Positions 54,802 to 60,798 of a stretch of 64,000 nt of DNA are shown here, in pieces. The DNA lies in IMG/VR virus record IMGVR_UViG_3300006217_000028; one strand, 5' to 3'. This DNA comes from a virus (taxonomy: Duplodnaviria; Heunggongvirae; Uroviricota; Caudoviricetes). Position 1 is the stretch's first letter; the number at the start of each line of letters is the position of its first letter. Both the position numbers and the translations under genes were made by a program. Under the pieces are notes generated by a model, which was given only the letters and a program-made list of their open reading frames with translations, was not told where the DNA came from and did not search any database.

Positions 54802-55026
54802 ATGGATCAATATGAATACAGAAAAAAGCAATTAGAACGCCAGAGGCAACTCCTGAATGATATGGTAAAGGGAGTCGATTGTGACCCTGATATCTGGAAT
54901 CTGAAATACATGCTTACTGAAATAGCGCCTGGTTCTCGTGCATGGAGATCCGGATATATTCGTTCGCTTAGGAGAGCAATTAGAGCGCTTGAGCGGGAAA
55001 ATAAAGAAAAGGAGCGAACTGGATGA
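54802..55026 (+). CDS. Hypothetical protein (74 aa)
   Basis: Internal ATG of track ORF 54754-55026. Coiled-coil-like. Confidence 0.4.
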   Translation: MDQYEYRKKQLERQRQLLNDMVKGVDCDPDIWNLKYMLTEIAPGSRAWRSGYIRSLRRAIRALERENKEKERTG

Positions 55027-55334
55027 AAGCAGCATATCGACCCCGGTTAAGTGCCGGAGAACGTAAAGCTATGGATATGGAAATCAAGCGCCAGTGTGCC
55101 GAGTACGATAAGAGGAATGCTGCTGAGATTGATGCTATGGTGCTGTGGATACTCCATCAGGAGTTTGGCTTTGGACCAGAAAGACTGCGTAGATTCCACG
55201 AGCGTTTCTTTGCTGGCATGGATGCTTTGGTAAAGAGGTACGAGATGGAGGACGAGGCTTGGATCTGCACGCAGAAGCTTAGAGAGTATGGGGTGGATGT
55301 GGAGAGTTGGGCGGATAATATGAACCACTCATAA
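55023..55334 (+). CDS. Hypothetical protein (103 aa)
   Basis: RBS AGGAGCGAACTGG. Overlaps the upstream stop. Confidence 0.5.
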   Translation: MKAAYRPRLSAGERKAMDMEIKRQCAEYDKRNAAEIDAMVLWILHQEFGFGPERLRRFHERFFAGMDALVKRYEMEDEAWICTQKLREYGVDVESWADNMNHS

Positions 55335-56081
55335 CTCTGGCTCGATAAAAGTATAATCAGGCAAGGTTTTATCGCTTTCAAACTCAACACCGTAGTATTT
55401 ATAGGCAACCCGGGATACAGGCGAGTTTGAAAAAACATCCACATATGCGCCACTGTATACATATGCTGAGTTGCCTTCCCAAAACGTGGGACCTTTATAT
55501 GTTGTAACCGACTTGTAGTGCGTATTCCTCCTCTTAGTATACCAATTCTCCTTTAGGTACTCCTGCCTCTCGTTACTGTCAAGATTTGGAAAATCCTCAT
55601 CCTCCCCCTTCACCAACACTACCACCCGGTTCATCTTTGCCTCGTCAAGGCCCAGCTGTTCCGCTAGGCAGAACAGACGGTAGGCCTTTTCAAAGTGGAG
55701 CTCATCCTTATCGCTCAGACCATATCCGTTGGCGTATATTACCCCCAGATTGTTACAGGCCTGAGCCTGATAGTCGCTCTCGATTACGCTGGCAATCTTG
55801 TACCAGTATATAGCATCGGTATATTCTCCGGTCTCATAATAGTGCTGGGCGAGAAACATCTGAGACTTAACGTCACCAGCGTTTGCCTTAACCACATAGT
55901 CGGTGTTCCATGGAAAAAATTGGGGGTACACATCAGACACAAAGGCCAGCATTCCCACAAAAATGCTGAGAGAGCTGACAATCCCTGCAACCAAATTCAC
56001 CCTCTCAAGCCACGGTTTCTTCGTCTTCTGTACAGATCCCCCACACTTTATGTATAAAATTGGCCGAATTCTCCTCTTCAT
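55329..56081 (-). CDS. Sel1/TPR-like repeat membrane protein (250 aa), minus-strand moron
   Basis: Transmembrane helix VAGIVSSLSIFVGMLAFV. Repeats ...AQHYYETGEYTDAIYWYKIAS... / ...AQACNNLGVIYANGYG... typical of Sel1 repeats. AT-rich region 55330-56300. Opposite strand to the neighbouring genes. Confidence 0.55.
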   Translation of the reverse strand: MKRRIRPILYIKCGGSVQKTKKPWLERVNLVAGIVSSLSIFVGMLAFVSDVYPQFFPWNTDYVVKANAGDVKSQMFLAQHYYETGEYTDAIYWYKIASVIESDYQAQACNNLGVIYANGYGLSDKDELHFEKAYRLFCLAEQLGLDEAKMNRVVVLVKGEDEDFPNLDSNERQEYLKENWYTKRRNTHYKSVTTYKGPTFWEGNSAYVYSGAYVDVFSNSPVSRVAYKYYGVEFESDKTLPDYTFIEPEL

Positions 56082-56290
56082 AATAGTTTACCTCTACTCT
56101 ATGATAATACTTACTATAAAGATTATAGCAAACCCAGATGGTTTGTCAATATCTTTTTCGTTACGAAAAAATTCTGTGCGGTCAAGTTGTAAAGAACTAT
56201 GGAAAGACACTTATTTGACAAAAATGTGACGGACAAAGAGTCTATTATTATGCAGGTAACTGCGGACAACCAAATTTGAGGAGGTAACAG

Positions 56291-56554
56291 ATGGAACGAC
56301 TAACTAAACCTGATAGCGACTATTGTCATGACAGATGCGGCAGTGTAAATGGTTGCACAAGGCTTACGGGCGACAAAAAGCGCTGCCGTGACTACGACTT
56401 GTACGAAAGGTTGAAGATTTATGAGAATGTTTGGCCCGCCATAGTCCTATTAGAGATAGAAAGCTCATTGCTACAAGGCAACGGAGCTGAGACGCTAATC
56501 AACGATCTACTGAATCGGCATCTATATCAGGAGGTATCAAAAAGTAATGAATAA
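56291..56554 (+). CDS. Hypothetical protein (87 aa)
   Basis: RBS GAGGAGGT. Confidence 0.45.
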   Translation: MERLTKPDSDYCHDRCGSVNGCTRLTGDKKRCRDYDLYERLKIYENVWPAIVLLEIESSLLQGNGAETLINDLLNRHLYQEVSKSNE

Positions 56555-56711
56555 CACTAAAAGGGACAAGACGGTAATCGGAACTGGTACCGGTTTTGAA
56601 CGAATTCGGCGCATAACCGGTTATCTGGTCGGCACTATTGACCGCTGGAACAACTCCAAAAGAGCTGAGGAACGCGACCGTGTCAAGCATGAGATGGGAG
56701 GCAAACAATGA
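56547..56711 (+). CDS. Small basic protein (54 aa)
   Basis: RBS AGGAGGT 10 nt upstream. Stop overlaps the next ATG. Confidence 0.35.
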   Translation: MNNTKRDKTVIGTGTGFERIRRITGYLVGTIDRWNNSKRAEERDRVKHEMGGKQ

Positions 56712-56995
56712 ACAAGACTGATAATCTGATGATTACTGCGGGGGTCGTCTCGGCCATGGCCGGCAGCGAATATTCTACACCGATGCTTAAGATGAGGTCG
56801 AATCGGCGGTCGATGGGGCAGCAAGTGCGCTGTCACATATGTGGTAAGGCGCGTGTGACACTATGTAAAGATGACTCCAACCCCGGCAAGTACATATGTA
56901 AGGCGTGCAAAGACTCGCTCATGCAAGCTATACCAAAGGCTGTTCTGAAGGAAGCATGTAACAAGATCAAAGAAGAATTGTACAATGAGTTATAA
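56708..56995 (+). CDS. Zinc-finger protein (95 aa)
   Basis: CHICGKARVTLCKDDSNPGKYICKACKD. Confidence 0.5.
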   Translation: MNKTDNLMITAGVVSAMAGSEYSTPMLKMRSNRRSMGQQVRCHICGKARVTLCKDDSNPGKYICKACKDSLMQAIPKAVLKEACNKIKEELYNEL

Positions 56996-57027
56996 CATAT
57001 AGACTGCTTATTCGTTAAGAAAGGACA

Positions 57028-57237
57028 TTGCATTTTATGACGGAAAGAGATCAGCGAAAGAATGCGGAGGGCTATGCAGATCCTACAGCGTACGAGGCCA
57101 TTCGAAATGTCGATAAAGATGACGAACGCTTTCATCGACTGCTGCACACAATCTTTTATATTTGTGAGTTGGCTGGCTTTCAGATCGAAGGTCGGGTCGT
57201 GCTCGTAGACAAGAGAAACGGAAGGGTATGGAGGTAG
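57028..57237 (+). CDS. Hypothetical protein (69 aa)
   Basis: RBS AAAGGACATTG. Confidence 0.45.
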   Translation: MHFMTERDQRKNAEGYADPTAYEAIRNVDKDDERFHRLLHTIFYICELAGFQIEGRVVLVDKRNGRVWR

Positions 57238-57244
57238 TAAATAT

Positions 57245-57472
57245 ATGGCTTTATCAAAACTGGCGCCTAAGTGCCGAGCCTGCCCTAAGGTGCTCACATG
57301 CGACCATAAAGAGATGGAAATGCATGGATTCCTGCCGATTCCCGAAGGTGGGTTTAATAATCCGGATGTTGATATTGTTGCGGGAGTTGACATCGACGGA
57401 TTATACCCGACTTTACCGGACGAACTCAAGCAGACCCTGACGAGAATCATGGAGGAGCGTAGTTGCAGCTGA
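57245..57472 (+). CDS. Hypothetical protein (75 aa)
   Basis: RBS GGAGGT. Confidence 0.45.
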   Translation: MALSKLAPKCRACPKVLTCDHKEMEMHGFLPIPEGGFNNPDVDIVAGVDIDGLYPTLPDELKQTLTRIMEERSCS

Positions 57473-57489
57473 TAAAAAGGAGGATGAAG

Positions 57490-57876
57490 ATGGTCTACTC
57501 GGACGAACAGGTAGCGAGACTAGAAAGCATTGTGGATGCTCTATGCGGTAAAGGACTTTTCAAATTTGCAGAACAAATCAGCCTTATAATGGAGGCAGTT
57601 GGCGAGTTTATGCAGTCCGTGAAAACAGTTACTGACTTTATAGCGGAAATGACAGCTCAATATATTCCACCAGAACCAGTCGACTTATTGTCGTTGGAGG
57701 AGGCATTTCAAAAGTTTGAAAAAGAGGCTAGCACCGTTTTAGACCGTAGCTTGTCTCCCCGTGAATACGGAGAACGGTTGAGCTGGGGTTCTCGCGACCA
57801 TCGGTACAAGTCTAGAAACTATCCTTACATACCGCTGTTCAAAAGGAATCTTCCATATCAAAAAAGAGCCGGGTAA
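57490..57876 (+). CDS. Hypothetical protein (128 aa)
   Basis: RBS AAAGGAGGATGAAG before ATG 57490. Confidence 0.45.
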   Translation: MVYSDEQVARLESIVDALCGKGLFKFAEQISLIMEAVGEFMQSVKTVTDFIAEMTAQYIPPEPVDLLSLEEAFQKFEKEASTVLDRSLSPREYGERLSWGSRDHRYKSRNYPYIPLFKRNLPYQKRAG

Positions 57877-57899
57877 AAGTATTATGGAGGGCAAAAATC

Positions 57900-58320
57900 G
57901 CTTGCCCTCTTCCGTCTTCAGAAAAAAATTCGGCTATTCTAGGTTAAAAACCCGGTGGATTTGGTTCTATTTTAGAATTAAATAATTGTACCACTAGGTA
58001 GTGAAAAACTGGCCAAAACCTGTCCAGAGGCCCAATTTTCTGTCCAAATACTTGAAATTCCAAAGTGGTGTAAAGGTGTTTGCTTTACAAAAACTGCTGA
58101 TTTTGGCCCAATTTTTGGACAGATGTACCACCTTTGTACCACTTTTTTTAACAAACTGGTACAACAAAAACCCAGTAATAATGCGGCTTTGCGGGCTCTT
58201 TGTACCAGTTTCCCACTTTTTTCTCTTAATTTAATGCGAAGAAAAAATTAATAATTATAAGTAAATATGGTCAAAAAAACTGGCCAACTGGCCAAAGGGC
58301 CATTAAGGAGGTGATTTTGC
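57900..58320. repeat. Repeat-dense non-coding region (candidate operator / iteron / origin): TGTACCAC-type and TGGCCAA / GGCCCAATTTT-type repeats
   Basis: TTGTACCACTAGG (57986). ATGTACCACCTTTGTACCAC (58124-58145). CTGGTACAAC (58158, inverted). TTTGTACCAG (58198). ACTGGCCAAAACCTGTCCAGAGGCCCAATTTTCTGTCCAAA (58007-58047) vs TTTTGGCCCAATTTTTGGACAGATG (58094-58118). AACTGGCCAACTGGCCAAAGGGCCA (58276-58300). A related CTAGTACCACCTAGTACC lies in the attP region at 22425. Confidence 0.5.
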
Positions 58321-58321
58321 A

Positions 58322-58496
58322 GTGAAAACCACGTGGCAAGATATTTTCAACGCGTTCAAACAAAAATACCCACGATTATCTTTGACAGCCGTTTCGTATC
58401 GCCCCTGTGATTTCATGACAATCGAGGTATTTTTAAGTGATGGTCAGCGTGTTCTCTATAGCGGATTTGGAGGGCAGGCAAAAGTGATATCGTGAA
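58322..58496 (+). CDS. Small protein (57 aa), GTG start
   Basis: RBS AAGGAGGTGA 7 nt before GTG. Confidence 0.3.
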
Positions 58497-58514
58497 AGTG
58501 TATTTAGGTATTCC

Positions 58515-58660
58515 ATTTTGTGAAAGGATGTGGTATACTGTACGTGCGAGACAATTCAATAAATCTTCTAGGCTTTATGGGACTAATACTCTGGCAAAGA
58601 GTGTTTTTCCTCTTATCTCGTATACCCTAAAGCCTAGGGAATGGGAATTGTCTCGCAAAC
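58515..58660 (+). promoter_or_regulatory. Promoter (TTGTGA, 17 nt, TGgTATACT) followed by a long imperfect inverted repeat forming a structured 5-prime leader for gene 58740
   Basis: Arms GCGAGACAATTCAATAAATCTTCTAGGCTTTATGGG (58546-58581) and CCCTAAAGCCTAGGGAATGGGAATTGTCTCGC (58625-58656) share a perfect 12-bp outer stem GCGAGACAATTC/GAATTGTCTCGC and a 10-bp inner stem CTAGGCTTTA/TAAAGCCTAG around a loop of about 43 nt. Confidence 0.5.
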
Positions 58661-58739
58661 AATGAGGGATACACGTTTGCGGGTGCGTCTCTTCATCGGG
58701 GCGCACTTTTATATTCTCGCTCAAATCGGAGGAATACTC

Positions 58740-59804
58740 ATGCCAGAGCAATACGAGTTTTCAGAGATGATAAACACGAATAATTTCTCAATAATGGAAT
58801 ACGAGGCGCCAATTGACCTTGCGACAAACTCCCAATTTAATAAACTGGCACTTAATCCACAGCAGAAAATTCAAGTTGGCGCTTTACTTCAACATACTCC
58901 TGCTGTAGCTGCCGCTAAAGCTATGAGTGACGTATACGTCCTTACCGTTCCGAAGGGACTGCCATATACCTTAATGGAACTTAAGCGTGGCGGTTATGCG
59001 GGAATATTTGTTGGCCAGGATAGTAAGATTGTTGGAATACCCGCTCTCCAAAAAATGACAGCTCCTGTTGCGGCTGTCGGCGCTTTTACCGCTATGGCGG
59101 CTGTGTCGGGGCAATATTTCCTATCGCAAATCAATGACGAGATGAAAATGATGCGTCAGAGCGTTGATGAAATTCTGAACTTTTTGAATGACGATAAACA
59201 ATCCGAGCTGTTGGCAGAGGTGAGTTTTGTTAAATATGCATTCCAAAACTACAGCTCAATTATGCAGTGTGACACGCAGCGGATTGCCACTATTATAGGG
59301 CTACAAGCTGCAAAAAAAGTCGCCACAAAAAATGTCGAATTCTATACAAGAGGGCTTGATAGTGCTCTGTCTAATAAGACAGATGTATTCGAATCCATTG
59401 ATGCTGCCGAAAAGGCTAAAGATAGTCTTGATCTATCTATCCAGCTATCCACTATGAGTTCTTTGCTCGAAGTATACTATTCACAGAATTTTGACCCTAC
59501 CTATTTGAAATGGGTCGAGTCTTCAGAAATAAAGTATATAACCGACCACTCCAAAAAAGTCAATGATATTTTTAACCGGCTGACTGGTAGGCTTGATGGT
59601 GTGGGAAAGGGAATCTTTTCCAAAGCGGTTAAAGATGACCGAAGGTCTGCTTATCAGGAAAAGCTCTCAGCATTGTTCGAGTCTCTTAGCGCGGATGATG
59701 AGCCGCAACTTTGTAAATCTTTAAGATCGGCACTAGGGGTTATTACCTCTGAAACAAAGCTTTACCTGACCAAAAACGGGGATGCGTACTTAAAAGCTAT
59801 ATAG
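58740..59804 (+). CDS. Hypothetical protein (354 aa)
   Basis: RBS GGAGGAATACTC. The track ORF starts at 58641 inside the inverted repeat. Confidence 0.55.
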   Translation: MPEQYEFSEMINTNNFSIMEYEAPIDLATNSQFNKLALNPQQKIQVGALLQHTPAVAAAKAMSDVYVLTVPKGLPYTLMELKRGGYAGIFVGQDSKIVGIPALQKMTAPVAAVGAFTAMAAVSGQYFLSQINDEMKMMRQSVDEILNFLNDDKQSELLAEVSFVKYAFQNYSSIMQCDTQRIATIIGLQAAKKVATKNVEFYTRGLDSALSNKTDVFESIDAAEKAKDSLDLSIQLSTMSSLLEVYYSQNFDPTYLKWVESSEIKYITDHSKKVNDIFNRLTGRLDGVGKGIFSKAVKDDRRSAYQEKLSALFESLSADDEPQLCKSLRSALGVITSETKLYLTKNGDAYLKAI

Positions 59805-59814
59805 AGTCTATGAC

Positions 59815-59862
59815 AAGATGAAGCAGGGATGTTTTACAGCACCCCTGCTTTTCTTTTTGCTC
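59815..59862 (+). terminator. Rho-independent terminator
   Basis: AGCAGGGATGTTTTACAGCACCCCTGCT followed by TTTCTTTTTGCTCTTTTTT. Confidence 0.5.
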
Positions 59863-59873
59863 TTTTTTAGCTA

Positions 59874-59902
59874 CGCGAAAAACGCACACCCTTTTATGAA
59901 GA
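59874..59902 (+). promoter_or_regulatory. Conserved promoter-like motif, copy 9 (CGCGAAAAACGCACACCCTTT-TATGAAGAG)
   Basis: See the motif family. Followed by hairpin AGAGAGAAGAAAATAAGGCCCGAAATACCTTTTGGGCTTTCTCT. Upstream of 59975. Confidence 0.5.
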
Positions 59903-59974
59903 GAGAAGAAAATAAGGCCCGAAATACCTTTTGGGCTTTCTCTTTTGAACTTTTTGTGGGAGGTGGGATTTTAC

Positions 59975-60265
59975 ATGCTTGAGAGCCAATTTCAACATGA
60001 TCTCATCGAAGATCTGGAAACAATGCTTCCAGACTGTATTATTCTGAAAAATGATCCTAATTATATCCAAGGTATTCCCGACCTTCTGGTGCTCTATCGG
60101 AATAAGTGGGCTGCTTTGGAGTGTAAGAAAAGCGCAACCGCTAAACAGCAACCGAACCAGGAGTATTATGTTGGGTGTATGAATGCGATGTCTTTTTCTA
60201 GGTTCATATATCCTGAAAATAAGGAGGAAGTTTTACATGAACTTCTACAGGCATTCCGATCTTGA
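59975..60265 (+). CDS. PD-(D/E)XK nuclease-like protein (VRR-NUC-like, 96 aa)
   Basis: GIPDLLVLYRNKWAALECKK shows a PD...E.K catalytic signature. RBS GGGAGGTGGG. Confidence 0.5.
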   Translation: MLESQFQHDLIEDLETMLPDCIILKNDPNYIQGIPDLLVLYRNKWAALECKKSATAKQQPNQEYYVGCMNAMSFSRFIYPENKEEVLHELLQAFRS

Positions 60266-60794
60266 AGGGCAGCACGCCTTTCTTGGAGCAAGCAAATTTC
60301 ATTGGATACGTTATGATGAAACAAAACTTGCGGATAGCTATACCAAGTTTCTTGCTATACAAAAGGGTACAGAACTCCACTCCTTCGCAGCTCAGTGTAT
60401 CCGTTTGGGGCAAAAGCTCCCTAAATCCAAGAAAACACTGAATATGTATGTTAACGACGCTATTGGCTTTAAGATGACGCCCGAGCAGCCTTTGTTCTAC
60501 TCAGAAAACTGTTTTGGCACGGCGGACGCGATCTCATTTCGAAAGAACCACCTCCAGATACACGATCTGAAGACAGGCGTAATACCCGCCCATATGGAGC
60601 AGCTGCTAATTTATGCTGCTCTTTTTTGTTTGGAGTATCAGATGAAAGCCTCTGGTATTACGATTGAACTTCGTATCTACCAGGCAAATGATATTTTAGT
60701 TTGCGTACCTACGTCAGAAGACGTAGCCCAGGTTATCGACAAGATTGTAACCTTCGACAAGGTGATTAACAAAATTAAACTTCAGGAGGGTTAA
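60237..60794 (+). CDS. PD-(D/E)XK-family nuclease-like protein (185 aa)
   Basis: CFGTADAISF...LQIHDLKTG (D...D.K). RBS AAGGAGGAAG. Overlaps the previous gene by 29 nt. Confidence 0.4.
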   Translation: MNFYRHSDLEGQHAFLGASKFHWIRYDETKLADSYTKFLAIQKGTELHSFAAQCIRLGQKLPKSKKTLNMYVNDAIGFKMTPEQPLFYSENCFGTADAISFRKNHLQIHDLKTGVIPAHMEQLLIYAALFCLEYQMKASGITIELRIYQANDILVCVPTSEDVAQVIDKIVTFDKVINKIKLQEG

Positions 60795-60798
60795 TCTT

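Noticed and set aside
23175-59870. Regularly recurring hairpin+T-run and motif elements considered as a possible CRISPR-like array
   Set aside because: The elements are not identical direct repeats. The spacing between them is gene-sized and irregular. They are terminators and promoter-like motifs flanking ORFs, not a repeat-spacer array.
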